From NCBI GenBank assembly GCA_020364185.1, contig GCA_020364185.1_4846.1: DNA of 47,086 bases. The stretch is one strand, 5' to 3'. Each line of letters begins with the position of its first letter. Within the stretch, counting starts at the first letter, position 1. Below the pieces are notes generated by a model. That model was not told the DNA's origin. It ran no database searches and saw only the letters and a program-made list of their open reading frames with translations. This DNA is from a phage. Below are positions 30,017 to 39,152 of this stretch, piece after piece. A program made the translations under genes and the position numbers.

Positions 30017-30324
30017 TGGCATTCTGCGACATCACAATCGCGCAACGAAACGCGAACTATACCAACATTGCTGACACATCAGCGCAACTGGTATCACTGA
30101 ACAGCGACGGTAGCGCAGTGCTGAAAATTGGCACCGAAACAGCACAGTTCATCGTGCAGAATCTGTCGCAGGCGAACGCGAAACAGGTGCTGATTAGCAC
30201 GGGCAGCGTTCTGTTTCTGGCTGGTAATTACAATGCGCCGAACCTTGAGTGTTCACTGGTGCGCATCGTTGAAACTGCGGTCGAGGAATCTGTTGATGAG
30301 TCAGCGACCTTGCCAGCAGAGTGA
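30016..30324 (+). CDS. hypothetical protein
   Basis: 102-aa ORF whose start codon overlaps the upstream stop (TAATG). Confidence 0.4.
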   Translation: MAFCDITIAQRNANYTNIADTSAQLVSLNSDGSAVLKIGTETAQFIVQNLSQANAKQVLISTGSVLFLAGNYNAPNLECSLVRIVETAVEESVDESATLPAE

Positions 30325-30451
30325 GCCACCAAAACCATCGGCATGGTGTGAGCAAATGGAGCGCAATGCGAAAGATGGTGATGAGGCGTATACTTATTTT
30401 CAGCTGAAACAGATGTGGAAGCAGAGAGAAAACTCAGAGCAAGCCAATTAA
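30296..30451 (+). CDS. hypothetical protein (51 aa)
   Basis: ATG 30296 preceded by GAGGA; overlaps upstream ORF end; followed by terminator. Confidence 0.3.
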   Translation: MSQRPCQQSEPPKPSAWCEQMERNAKDGDEAYTYFQLKQMWKQRENSEQAN

Positions 30452-30454
30452 AAA

Positions 30455-30482
30455 CAAGCCCCATTACGGGGCTTTTTTATTG
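30455..30482. terminator. bidirectional intrinsic terminator
   Basis: AAGCCCC-attac-GGGGCTT followed by TTTTTAT. Confidence 0.65.
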
Positions 30483-30955
30483 CGTAATGAGTTGTACTGC
30501 GCCTCACACATCAATCCCGCCTCCCTTGCCCTGTCAGCGTAATCTGCCAGCTGTCGATTTCTTTCGACAGATTTGCTGAGCACGTCTCCAAGCAAAACCC
30601 CGGTTTCTGCGGCTGGATTGCCAATGGACTCAGCGGCGGAATATCCGACGAGCTGCTTGCGGATGTTTGCGAGTTGTTGCTGCAACCTGCCAGACTTAGC
30701 AGCAGCGTTAACAGCATCATTACGCGCAGCATCAACCCTTTGCTGGGCGTCGGCCTGAATCTTCTGTAGTTCCGCATTGCGTCGTTGCTCCTCTTTCTCG
30801 TTGGCAGCCTTTTGTTCGGCTACAGCCGTTGCGTACCCGTCGTTATATCTCCGCTCGCCATAGCTGGATACCTTGTTGACAACCCACAACGCGCAGATAG
30901 CGACAATTATAATAATTGCCAGCGGTCGCCAGTATTTAATGAGAGTTGCCATCAT
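30464..30955 (-). CDS. i-spanin (Rz-like)
   Basis: 163 aa; N-terminal TM helix (WRPLAIIIIVAICALWVV) then charged coiled-coil periplasmic domain; contains embedded Rz1-like ORF. Confidence 0.6.
   Translation of the reverse strand: MMATLIKYWRPLAIIIIVAICALWVVNKVSSYGERRYNDGYATAVAEQKAANEKEEQRRNAELQKIQADAQQRVDAARNDAVNAAAKSGRLQQQLANIRKQLVGYSAAESIGNPAAETGVLLGDVLSKSVERNRQLADYADRAREAGLMCEAQYNSLRNKKAP
30511..30732 (-). CDS. o-spanin (Rz1-like lipoprotein) embedded in alternate frame of Rz-like gene
   Basis: signal MLRVMMLLTLLLSLAGC with lipobox L-A-G-C, Pro-rich mature part; entirely within 30464-30955 in another frame. Confidence 0.5.
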   Translation of the reverse strand: MLRVMMLLTLLLSLAGCSNNSQTSASSSSDIPPLSPLAIQPQKPGFCLETCSANLSKEIDSWQITLTGQGRRD

Positions 30956-31175
30956 CGCGCAGCCTCCGGTTTTCTTTGCGCATCACGTTCATCTTGCCGA
31001 GGATGCCAACCAGCATGATGGAGTAGCTCACGCCTTTAACCACGATTGGCGGTAGCGCCGCTTTCAGGTCGTCAGGCATCATTACCCACACATGCATCAT
31101 TGCATCTGGCCATAGCTGCAACAGCGAGCAGAATGAAATCCACGCACCGAGCAGCCAGTTGCTTAGCTTTTTCAT
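30936..31175 (-). CDS. putative class II holin
   Basis: 79 aa with two hydrophobic helices and charged C-terminus; ATGA overlap with endolysin stop. Confidence 0.45.
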   Translation of the reverse strand: MKKLSNWLLGAWISFCSLLQLWPDAMMHVWVMMPDDLKAALPPIVVKGVSYSIMLVGILGKMNVMRKENRRLRDDGNSH

Positions 31176-31636
31176 GCCACAGCCCCGCCAGCCTCTTTGT
31201 ATACCTGAATCAGCTTATCCAGCTTCTGCTCGTGCTGACCATAACCAGCACCCGGCAATGAAGCCCAGCGGGAGCGGCATTTATGGATGGCATCAGCAAT
31301 GCGCCCAGCCTCAATATCTGCGGTTGCTTTGCATTCACGGATTAGCTGCATTGCAATAGCGTCCTGCGATGCGGGGGAGAAGTCAGGCAGGCGCAGTTGC
31401 TTTTTGTACGCATCGTAAAACTTAGCCAGCACCTGATAGCGTCCGGCGGCAGTGGATTTGATACCCAGCTTAGGCAGGCTGACCAGCTTTCGCGGGTGGT
31501 CGGAATAATCAGTAAACAGCGAGCCACCAACAATCACATCGTAGCCATGATTATTGGTCTTCTGCCTGCCATTGTCCGTACCCTCACTGTACGCCAGCAT
31601 ATCCAGAAACGCTTTCATGTTTTTGCTAATAGCCAT
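31172..31636 (-). CDS. endolysin, lambda R-like lytic transglycosylase
   Basis: from ATG 31636 (AAGAGG RBS): KAFLDMLAYSEGTDNGRQKTNNHGYDVIVGGSLFTDYSDHPRKLV...AGRYQ...WASLPGAGYGQHE closely matches lambda R as recalled. Confidence 0.8.
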   Translation of the reverse strand: MAISKNMKAFLDMLAYSEGTDNGRQKTNNHGYDVIVGGSLFTDYSDHPRKLVSLPKLGIKSTAAGRYQVLAKFYDAYKKQLRLPDFSPASQDAIAMQLIRECKATADIEAGRIADAIHKCRSRWASLPGAGYGQHEQKLDKLIQVYKEAGGAVA

Positions 31637-31904
31637 ACCAGTAAACCTCTTTTTCAGCTTTGCGTTTTGCTTTATCGCCAGTCTTCTCTCCCCACACGAT
31701 GAAATGCGCAACAGCACATGAGAAGCAGCGAAGGTTATGTTTCTTCAGAAGTGTTGATTTACGGAACACGTCAATGCCAATGTCGGTGGCAAGACTTGTC
31801 AGTGCATCAAACTGATTCTGTGTTGTCTCGGTAGTGATGTAAGGCGATATATCTACGGCATCGGTGACGCCAAGCGTCTCAGAGCCGCGTTGCGATAGTT
31901 TCAT
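31626..31904 (-). CDS. hypothetical protein upstream of endolysin
   Basis: 92-aa ORF, not convincingly hydrophobic; first gene after promoter region. Confidence 0.4.
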   Translation of the reverse strand: MKLSQRGSETLGVTDAVDISPYITTETTQNQFDALTSLATDIGIDVFRKSTLLKKHNLRCFSCAVAHFIVWGEKTGDKAKRKAEKEVYWYGY

Positions 31905-31932
31905 ACTGCCTCCTGTTCAAACAATAATTAAT

Positions 31933-31988
31933 TCTATCACAATGGCTATTGACGTAGATTGAGTGGTGGTGCATAGTATCTACATCAA
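31933..31988. promoter_or_regulatory. divergent promoter region (plus TTGACGTAGATT; minus TGATGTAGATA and extended -10 TGATAGAAT)
   Basis: TTGACGTAGATT 31949-31960; ATCTACATCA 31978-31987; ATTCTATCA 31931-31939. Confidence 0.45.
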
Positions 31989-32009
31989 ATGATGAGTGAG
32001 GTGATAAAA

Positions 32010-32171
32010 ATGAATCCGCGTGACGTTACTTTTTGCAGTGAGTCAAATCCGAAGGCTGCGAAGGTTGCCAACAGAAAGGCAAAGGTGAAGCAATTGATGG
32101 ACGCCGGTCACACCAAGAAAGCAGCTCAACGCATGGTCAAAGAAATGAAATGGATGAGTGCAAAATGGTAA
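32010..32171 (+). CDS. hypothetical basic protein
   Basis: ATG 32010 preceded by GAGGTGATAAAA leader identical to that at 19852-19866. Confidence 0.35.
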   Translation: MNPRDVTFCSESNPKAAKVANRKAKVKQLMDAGHTKKAAQRMVKEMKWMSAKW

Positions 32172-32308
32172 TGGTCAAATTCAAAGAAAACGGACGCTGC
32201 TCAGTGTTAAGCCTTGAGCAAATCAAAATCCGTCCGTGCGGTAAAGTGGTTGCGCCATTTGGTCTGGTGCAGATGCGTGAAGTTGAGATTATTGAATATA
32301 TTAAGTGA
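32171..32308 (+). CDS. hypothetical protein (45 aa)
   Basis: hand-translated ORF coupled by TAATG overlap. Confidence 0.3.
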   Translation: MVKFKENGRCSVLSLEQIKIRPCGKVVAPFGLVQMREVEIIEYIK

Positions 32309-32316
32309 GGTTGGTG

Positions 32317-32607
32317 ATGGAAGAATTTAAAGGTACGCCGGGTCCGTGGTTTTTTGATGAGGCATTTAATGTTTATGAAGGTGACAGGGATGGACACATT
32401 TGCACTGTCACGTCATGGCTTGATGAGCCAACTGCGGATGCTAATGGCTTCTTGCTTGCGGCATCTCCTGACCTGTTATCCTCGCTCCAGCAGCTTCTGG
32501 AAATCTACGACGACCACTCCGGCAAAGTCTGGACAACATCAAGCAAGCGCCGCGCTCTGGATAATGCGCGTGCGGCGGTTAATAAGGCATTGGGAGAAAC
32601 AAAATGA
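32317..32607 (+). CDS. hypothetical protein
   Basis: ATG 32317 after GAGG RBS; ATGA overlap with next gene. Confidence 0.4.
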   Translation: MEEFKGTPGPWFFDEAFNVYEGDRDGHICTVTSWLDEPTADANGFLLAASPDLLSSLQQLLEIYDDHSGKVWTTSSKRRALDNARAAVNKALGETK

Positions 32608-33176
32608 AACTTATCGACCTGTTAGTTCAAGAATTACCTAAGCGTGGCGGGTGGCCTGATGGTGCAATTTATATCTGCACAGAAAAAGATGGCACTCCAC
32701 GCATTGTTGGTTCTGGTTGGCACGATAATAAATCATTATCATCATTTAAAGTTAATGATGACAAAAGCATAATTGACTTCGATCAATACGAGTCTGCGCT
32801 CGCCGCATCGCAAAAGCAGACATGGAACGGCGAAGGCCTGCCTCCGGTTGGGTGTGAGTGTGAATATCTCGACAACAACGGCAAGTGGTATCCGGTAACA
32901 ATTAAATACGCGTCAAACCAACTGGTTGTTATTTCTGGAATAACTAAAATCCTCGGCGTAGAGCAGGGCACGGAAATAGCAAAAGATATCATCATCGACA
33001 AACCGCAGTTCCGCCCACTACGCACAGAATCAGAGAGGAGGCATGAGGCTGTACTTGAATCTATCTGCGCGGTATTAGAGATGGCAGATCAGGATTACAA
33101 GCGCAGAGATGAGGCCAAACTCATTTATGAAGCCATCGCGGCAGGCAAGATTCCCGGCGTGAAACTGGATGATTAA
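32604..33176 (+). CDS. hypothetical protein
   Basis: 190-aa ORF, last gene of plus cassette before terminator. Confidence 0.45.
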   Translation: MKLIDLLVQELPKRGGWPDGAIYICTEKDGTPRIVGSGWHDNKSLSSFKVNDDKSIIDFDQYESALAASQKQTWNGEGLPPVGCECEYLDNNGKWYPVTIKYASNQLVVISGITKILGVEQGTEIAKDIIIDKPQFRPLRTESERRHEAVLESICAVLEMADQDYKRRDEAKLIYEAIAAGKIPGVKLDD

Positions 33177-33253
33177 AACAATATTCAGCATCCTAGAGAT
33201 ATTGTGCTATGCGATAATAATATTTGTTCTGTGTATGCTGATAAGATAAAACC

Positions 33254-33282
33254 AAGCCCTCACTTCGAGGGCTTTTTGTTTA
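33254..33282. terminator. intrinsic terminator
   Basis: AGCCCTC-acttc-GAGGGCT followed by TTTTTGTTT. Confidence 0.6.
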
Positions 33283-34210
33283 CCGATTGCCATGCTTCAC
33301 GCTGCTTATCAAGTCTTTCCTGCGACGACTCAAGAATGACTGGTCTACCATCCATTAATAACGCAGGAGTTTGTGCGCAATGACAATTATATCTGTTGCC
33401 ATTCTCGCTATAGAACGTGTCAATCTCTTCTGGCGTATAAAACCGTCCGTGTCGCGCCGCGTGCGTCTGGCGGGTTGTGCGCATCAATGCTGACTGCCAC
33501 AGCATCACCGTCTCAATACCTAATTCCTCGCGTGCCTCAATGACTTCCCGCCTGTTAGCCTGCCGCAGTGTTCCGGTGATTTCAGTCTGCGCCAGCTGCT
33601 TAGCGTAGCTGTGAGACACATCGACACGCTTAACGATATCAGCTTCAACATCACGAGGATTAGCGCCACGGGCAATACCTTCCATAATGACAGATGCCAG
33701 TTGCTGGCGGGAATAGTCGCTCAATCCGCGCCAGTCGGAATAGCCAGCGGCATAGGCCAGCTGGAGTCGATTCAGGTAAGGCTCACTGTAGAGTATCGCG
33801 GCAATCGGCCTCTGCTCAGCATAAACCGGAGACAGGCTTGACAGTTCTGAGTTAGCCTTCTGTGTTCCGGCCTGATACGCATCACCGATGAACACATTAG
33901 CCCACATCCTGCCGTGACCGAAATCATCACCTTCCAGCAGAATCTCGTCAATCAGCGCCTGCAACTCATCCATGAAAGTAGCAGCCCGCGCGCTACTGAA
34001 ATCGTAGAAATACAATCCGCTCGATTCCGCGTTAGCCTGACTATGCGGAATGGTGCGGAACGACTCAAGCGCACGAGCCCTGAGTTGTTTGTATTTGCGC
34101 GTTATCACTTTGTCCATCTTTGACAGTCTGGTTGCAGCGCCCAGCGGGTCGGTCAGACTCTGCGATATGCGCGGTTGAGGTAGCCTTGCGTTAAACCGGA
34201 GTATCTTCAT
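33260..34210 (-). CDS. minor head (head morphogenesis) protein, Mu F / SPP1 gp7-like
   Basis: start moved to ATG 34210 (track N-terminal extension overlaps portal by 250 nt); C-terminal half matches the conserved region recalled for Mu F-like proteins (...AQTEITGT...[12 protein letters not shown]...NCHC...). Confidence 0.6.
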   Translation of the reverse strand: MKILRFNARLPQPRISQSLTDPLGAATRLSKMDKVITRKYKQLRARALESFRTIPHSQANAESSGLYFYDFSSARAATFMDELQALIDEILLEGDDFGHGRMWANVFIGDAYQAGTQKANSELSSLSPVYAEQRPIAAILYSEPYLNRLQLAYAAGYSDWRGLSDYSRQQLASVIMEGIARGANPRDVEADIVKRVDVSHSYAKQLAQTEITGTLRQANRREVIEAREELGIETVMLWQSALMRTTRQTHAARHGRFYTPEEIDTFYSENGNRYNCHCAQTPALLMDGRPVILESSQERLDKQREAWQSVNKKPSK

Positions 34211-35603
34211 TTTCGTCTTCCGGCGGTGTGTCTTCGCGGTAGCTTTCGTCAAGTTCAATCGGCTCCATACCAACCATGCCGCGAGCCTCATCGACGCTAA
34301 GTAGCGCAGATTGACCAGCATCAAAGAATGACTTGTTCGCAGTGGCGAGTTTAGCCAGCAATTCAGCCTTATCCAGTTCAGATGGTGCCAGCAAGTCATC
34401 CCACTTAACCTTGTAGCCATTTTCCGGCGCTTTATCGACAATGCCGAACTGAATCATGCGTTCAACGAACATTGAAATAACATAGTCAACCCATGTTTCG
34501 CGGCGCTGCTTGGCGGTCATTGCCTCCTGCATCTTGTCTTCGTCGCTCGCAAGGCGTCCGGTTTGCTGACCAAAAATGACGGTGAAAGGAAGTGCCATTG
34601 ATGCAGCGAACTGGTTGGCGGCCACTTCCCATGTTGGTTTTGGGTCTGCCGGGGTTACAGCCAGAACCTTCGCATCGGCCCCCATCGTGAACATAGCGGC
34701 ATCAATCCCTGAGTTGAGAGCCTCAATGTTCTCATTCATGATGTCGGTGAGTTCTTCAATGTCGACACCCATCGACTGCGCAAGGCTTGCTGGCGTTACG
34801 TTATCCTTCGTGTAGTTAACCGCCAGCTGGCGACTGGCATTTTTCAGGAAGCCCTCCGCAGAGCTACCGGAAACCTTCGCCATGTCGATAAGGCTGTTGT
34901 AGCCAGCACGTAGCATCGGGATGCCACTGAACATGCTTCCATCAAAGCTACCCTCAGCCAGAATGATGATGCGGTCTGGATGAATCTGCACGGAACGCTC
35001 AGGCTTGCCGTCGCTGTCGAAGTCTTCCACGGCGCTCTCCTGATATTCGTACATCTCAGGCATTCCGTAGTCTTCGCTGGTTTCGTTGTTATTCCACGCA
35101 CTGACTTTGAGCTGCTCCTCCCATACCGGAATAAAGCGGACGATGGATTTATCTTTAATGCGGCGGGTTTTGGTGATATCTACCGGCTCACTCCACTTGC
35201 GACCATCCCGGATTTGCAGGATAACGGCGGAATAGCGGTTGATAGCATTGCGCTTATCGGCTTCCTTGATGAACGGGTAGGCGCGCTTCATCATGTTGTT
35301 GATGGACAACTCCCACGTCGTTGAGTTCTTGTCATCCTCGCCATCTTCGACCACTTCGGGGTATTTCTGCCAACATTTATTAATAATGCGGTTAATGCCA
35401 GCTGCGGCTGCTGGGTGCCGTTCGTAGGCATAGCGGAACATCTCAGCGGTGATTTCCTGCGGGTATCCGCATTCCTGCCACAACCTGTCATGTTTCTGGT
35501 CAAGATTCTTCCCTCCAGCGCAAAGCCGTTGTTGCTGAAGTGCCCGGTTATTGTTCGCCACGCGGTCGCGTATGTAGGCGTTTAGTGCATCAATTTTTGA
35601 CAT
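34191..35603 (-). CDS. portal protein (putative)
   Basis: 470-aa ORF between large terminase side and Mu F-like gene; acidic C-terminus; assignment by size and synteny. Confidence 0.55.
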   Translation of the reverse strand: MSKIDALNAYIRDRVANNNRALQQQRLCAGGKNLDQKHDRLWQECGYPQEITAEMFRYAYERHPAAAAGINRIINKCWQKYPEVVEDGEDDKNSTTWELSINNMMKRAYPFIKEADKRNAINRYSAVILQIRDGRKWSEPVDITKTRRIKDKSIVRFIPVWEEQLKVSAWNNNETSEDYGMPEMYEYQESAVEDFDSDGKPERSVQIHPDRIIILAEGSFDGSMFSGIPMLRAGYNSLIDMAKVSGSSAEGFLKNASRQLAVNYTKDNVTPASLAQSMGVDIEELTDIMNENIEALNSGIDAAMFTMGADAKVLAVTPADPKPTWEVAANQFAASMALPFTVIFGQQTGRLASDEDKMQEAMTAKQRRETWVDYVISMFVERMIQFGIVDKAPENGYKVKWDDLLAPSELDKAELLAKLATANKSFFDAGQSALLSVDEARGMVGMEPIELDESYREDTPPEDENEDTPV

Positions 35604-35610
35604 ATGTCAC

Positions 35611-35640
35611 CAATAAAAATCCCATCACGTTGGATGGGAT
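35611..35640 (-). terminator. stem-loop / attenuator immediately upstream of portal RBS
   Basis: 8-bp stem ATCCCATC-6 nt-GATGGGAT followed on minus strand by UUUUAUUG. Confidence 0.45.
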
Positions 35641-35660
35641 TATAGCATTAACTAGTAAAT

Positions 35661-35888
35661 TTAATCTTCATCGTCGTCATCGTCGTCATCATAGTCGCAT
35701 CGTTCCATCAGCGGATTCATGCGAGTTGATACCGACCTTGCATATCCATTGCGGCATAAATTATGTAACACGCCGTAAATTTCAAACATTTCAGTTCTTT
35801 CATCTCCCACATCAAGATTACAAGCCAATGCGTGGCACTCTGCTGCGAGAGACGATATTTTTTGCATCAGTTCAATTTTATTCATCAC
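35661..35888 (-). CDS. small protein with poly-Asp C-terminal tail
   Basis: 75 aa ending DYDDDDDDDED. Confidence 0.4.
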   Translation of the reverse strand: MMNKIELMQKISSLAAECHALACNLDVGDERTEMFEIYGVLHNLCRNGYARSVSTRMNPLMERCDYDDDDDDDED

Positions 35889-36070
35889 TCCACCTTTTCC
35901 AGTTTATCAATGATAACGTCGTAGCCTTTTATTTCGTATTTTGCAACCAATTCGCAACCCAAAAACCAATCGAACGCTTCATTGGCGTTTGATGTCGTAG
36001 CTGTCGCGCAAACCTTAGTAACAACATCGCCGCCATCAAGCACCTCAGCATGAATAAAATAAACGCTCAT
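35885..36070 (-). CDS. hypothetical protein
   Basis: 61-aa ORF with ATGA overlaps on both sides. Confidence 0.35.
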   Translation of the reverse strand: MSVYFIHAEVLDGGDVVTKVCATATTSNANEAFDWFLGCELVAKYEIKGYDVIIDKLEKVE

Positions 36071-36237
36071 TGCTCAATCTCCTCGCCATCAACCCAGCGT
36101 TGCAGAACTTCGATTAGTTGCGTGGCTTGGTGTTTGTCGATAACTACAATGTGCGTATCTTGGCAAATCATGCCGCCATCAGTAACACCGCCGCACATAA
36201 CATCAATATCAGGATACTCTTCGCTTTCAATAATCAT
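36067..36237 (-). CDS. hypothetical protein (56 aa)
   Basis: hand-translated MIIESEEYPDIDVMCGGVTDGGMICQDTHIVVIDKHQATQLIEVLQRWVDGEEIEQ. Confidence 0.3.
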   Translation of the reverse strand: MIIESEEYPDIDVMCGGVTDGGMICQDTHIVVIDKHQATQLIEVLQRWVDGEEIEQ

Positions 36238-36241
36238 CACA

Positions 36242-36448
36242 TCACCCTCTCAAAAAATCATTCTTGCAGCAGATACCCTTGTACCCGCGCTTCTCTTGCA
36301 GGTTAACGAAAACATCATCCAGAACGCGCAGCAGGAAATCCTCGTCGATGCCATACCGACGGCAAATCACCTCATCAGGCACGCCAGCCCGTGCCAGTGA
36401 ATAAACCTGTTCTTTTTCCTCCTGTGTGAATCCTGCATAGCTGCGCAT
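36242..36448 (-). CDS. hypothetical protein
   Basis: 68-aa ORF, first gene after promoter cluster. Confidence 0.35.
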   Translation of the reverse strand: MRSYAGFTQEEKEQVYSLARAGVPDEVICRRYGIDEDFLLRVLDDVFVNLQEKRGYKGICCKNDFLRG

Positions 36449-36468
36449 AGTGATATCTCCGATAATCC

Positions 36469-36599
36469 TGATGTAGATATACTATGCGCTCGGTGTAGAT
36501 TGGTCAAGTGTGGTGATGCGGATTTATTAACAGTAATAATAAATGTTGACGTAGATATCTACCGGTCGTAACATGAGTGATGTAGATATGAGAAAGGAG
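36469..36599 (+). promoter_or_regulatory. cluster of four GTAGAT-core motif copies plus RBS in front of PAPS-reductase-like gene
   Basis: TGATGTAGATAT 36469-36480, GTGTAGATTGGTCAA 36493-36507, TTGACGTAGATAT 36546-36558 (GTAGATATCTAC palindrome), TGATGTAGATAT 36578-36589, AAGGAG 36594-36599. Confidence 0.45.
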
Positions 36600-36607
36600 C
36601 GATGGAT

Positions 36608-37483
36608 ATGAATCAAGTTATTAGCTTTTCAGGCGGCAGGACTTCAGCGTTTATGACACTTGAGGTGCTAAAGATACACCCAGAAGCAGAGGTTATCTTT
36701 ATGGACACTGGAGCAGAGCACCCAAAAACGTATGAGTTTATTCGCAACTTCGCAAAGCACTTCAATGTCGCCGTGACATGTCTTCGTGTGGTGCCAAATC
36801 ATGAGATGCGCAAAGCAAGTACGTATGAGCAGTTAACCGTCGATGAGATTGGCCCGGACCTTGAGCCATGGCGTAGAATGTTGCGCAAGTACGGTCACCC
36901 ATATGTTGGTGGGGCGTTCTGCACTGACCGCATGAAAACAGTCCCATTCACAAAATACTGCAATGAAAAATACGGGAAGAGCAATTATGAGAGATGGCTT
37001 GGTATCAGGGTTGATGAACAAAATCGGTTAAAGAATAGAGGTGACGGTTTTCATTACCTTGCAGACATCAGTGACTTTGAAAAGCAGGATATCCTTGACT
37101 GGTGGTCAATGCAAGAGTTCGACCTTGGCATTAAGGAGCATCTTGGCAATTGCGTTTTCTGCATCAAGAAGAGTCTGCAGAAGGTTGCGCTTGCTGCAAA
37201 GGATGAGCCTGAACTTGCCGCTGAATTTTGGCAGATGATTCAGGCTGAAGATAAAAAATCAGACAAGATAATGTATCGTTCAAACAGAAGCCTTGGCGAC
37301 GTTATAGCTTTATTTAACGATGCAAGCAGGGATGAACTGGCATCACGGATGACGTCAATGCGCCAGTACGATACTGGCTCATGCAGTGAGAGCTGCGAGG
37401 CGTTTGGTGGGACCGAGAATTCAATGAAGCATTACTTAAATGACGCTGGTGATGATTATGAAAATCGTGGCGATGACTCATGA
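36608..37483 (+). CDS. PAPS reductase-like PP-loop ATPase family protein
   Basis: N-terminal ISFSGGRTSA PP-loop; start at ATG 36608 (8 nt after AAGGAG) preferred over 36602. Confidence 0.7.
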   Translation: MNQVISFSGGRTSAFMTLEVLKIHPEAEVIFMDTGAEHPKTYEFIRNFAKHFNVAVTCLRVVPNHEMRKASTYEQLTVDEIGPDLEPWRRMLRKYGHPYVGGAFCTDRMKTVPFTKYCNEKYGKSNYERWLGIRVDEQNRLKNRGDGFHYLADISDFEKQDILDWWSMQEFDLGIKEHLGNCVFCIKKSLQKVALAAKDEPELAAEFWQMIQAEDKKSDKIMYRSNRSLGDVIALFNDASRDELASRMTSMRQYDTGSCSESCEAFGGTENSMKHYLNDAGDDYENRGDDS

Positions 37484-37698
37484 ACAACGAAAAGCACGAC
37501 GATGGCTCCATTTCTATAGATACCAATGATGGAAGGCATTTCTTTGCTCATTTCATTAATGGCTCATACAACTTAATAGAGGTTGTATCTGGTGGTTGCG
37601 TGGGAATCGGCAGAATTGAAGATGAGGGAAGCATTAATCACATAATATTGAGGTGGATTGAACTTAATCCAGTGGCCCCAAGCGCCGAACTATTCTAA
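37480..37698 (+). CDS. hypothetical protein
   Basis: 72-aa ORF, ATGA-coupled to upstream gene. Confidence 0.4.
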   Translation: MNNEKHDDGSISIDTNDGRHFFAHFINGSYNLIEVVSGGCVGIGRIEDEGSINHIILRWIELNPVAPSAELF

Positions 37699-37703
37699 AA
37701 ACA

Positions 37704-37730
37704 AGCCCTCATTCGAGGGCTTTATTTTTA
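37704..37730. terminator. bidirectional intrinsic terminator
   Basis: AGCCCTC-attc-GAGGGCT followed by TTTATTTTTAT. Confidence 0.65.
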
Positions 37731-39152
37731 TCTCCTGCGCCTGATTAGCATTCCGCTGCCGCGCTGGACGATGTGGTCATTAAGTGCGTAGCGAACCGCA
37801 TCCCAGTAATGGTTAAATGCATCAACAATATCTGTCAGCACATTGCCAGTCAGCTTATCCACCTTATAGCTGTACATTGCGGCCTCATTCTGCATTTCCT
37901 TGCATCTGTCATGAATAATGATACTGTCGCAGCCACGAAGCCACGTCACACCATCCTCAACGCTTCCCGGCCATTTTGTGCATGGATGAATATCGAATCC
38001 AGAGCGCTTGATGTGGCTGATGGTTTCAGGTCGAGCGCAGTCTGCATACCATCGCGCGCGCTTAGCCATCGGGAATGATTGCTCCATCGCGGCTGGTGTA
38101 TCGGTAATTTCAAGCCCCACCTTGCCGTACTCGCGATTAATATAAATGTTGCGTCGCCCGCCCGGTAATTCTTCGATGTAAACCTCAACCATTGCGGTAG
38201 GATCGGTGGAAAAACCAAAATCCATCCCGAAGTATGGGCCGTGCCATTCAGGTTTGACCTCAAAGTTATCAATGCGCCACTTGCCTCCGAAGACCTGCTC
38301 GTCGCTGCGTTTGTTAAATTTTCCTTCCCATATCCACATGTAGCGATCGAAATCGACGCGCTTCATTTGCTCCATAGCAGACGGCAGAGGTGTATCCCAG
38401 AACCACGGATTGTCTGAATAGTTACATTCGATAATCAGGATTTCATCATTTTCGAATATGCCATCAACCATCTGTGAGTGATATGGGGCAATCCAGTTTT
38501 TCCATGTTGGGTCTGTATCTTTGTTGGGGTTGAATGAGCACCACAATTCGGAATTGGCAGCACGGATGGTAGGAACGAGAATATCCCAGCTTGTCTGGCT
38601 GACGTTCTCTGCTTCCTCTACCCAGCCGACGGTAATGCCAGCAAAACCCTTAACGGTTGTCTGATTGCGATACAGCCCCTTAAAGCGAAATTTAGCCTTA
38701 GTCTTCTTGTGTGTTATCTCGTTGTTGATAACGCGAAACTCTGCCGATTCGCCCTTGCGCGCTATTTCGTCGCACAATTCCTGGTAGCTTGAGTCTTCAA
38801 TGGATTGCTGAATCTCACGAAAGCAGGCAAAGCGGTCAGGTCGAAACCTTGCACGTTCAGTAAGTATAGTGATAATAGTTCTCGTCTTCCCTGACCCACG
38901 GCCGCCGTAGACAAACTTAAAACGCTTCGGGTAAAGCAGTCGCTCCAGCTTTGCGGGAATCAGGTGGTCGGCATCGGTGGTTGCGTTGGTTACGTCATCA
39001 ACGCCAGTGGCTGTCATCCTTAACCGCTTGATGACGTTTTTCTGCATGTCACAGATACCAAAAATGGCAGACTCTGCAACATCCGTCATCGCATCATCAA
39101 TCTGAGCTTCCAGTTTTTCAATTGCCAGAGCGGATAGGCGTTTACGAGCCAT
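37728..39152 (-). CDS. terminase large subunit
   Basis: Walker A FVYGGRGSGKT near N-terminus, about 475 aa, acidic nuclease-type C-terminal half; ATG 39152 chosen (track start 39170 is TTG). Confidence 0.8.
   Translation of the reverse strand: MARKRLSALAIEKLEAQIDDAMTDVAESAIFGICDMQKNVIKRLRMTATGVDDVTNATTDADHLIPAKLERLLYPKRFKFVYGGRGSGKTRTIITILTERARFRPDRFACFREIQQSIEDSSYQELCDEIARKGESAEFRVINNEITHKKTKAKFRFKGLYRNQTTVKGFAGITVGWVEEAENVSQTSWDILVPTIRAANSELWCSFNPNKDTDPTWKNWIAPYHSQMVDGIFENDEILIIECNYSDNPWFWDTPLPSAMEQMKRVDFDRYMWIWEGKFNKRSDEQVFGGKWRIDNFEVKPEWHGPYFGMDFGFSTDPTAMVEVYIEELPGGRRNIYINREYGKVGLEITDTPAAMEQSFPMAKRARWYADCARPETISHIKRSGFDIHPCTKWPGSVEDGVTWLRGCDSIIIHDRCKEMQNEAAMYSYKVDKLTGNVLTDIVDAFNHYWDAVRYALNDHIVQRGSGMLIRRRR

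Noticed and set aside
33260-34441. Track N-terminal extension of the minor head protein (first 77 codons) and the tail-fibre track start at 6642
   Set aside because: The extension overlaps the portal gene by about 250 nt in another frame and is Trp/Arg-rich junk-like sequence; an internal ATG at 34210 gives a normal gene. Likewise the tail fibre is better started at ATG 6609, which has an AAGGAG RBS.
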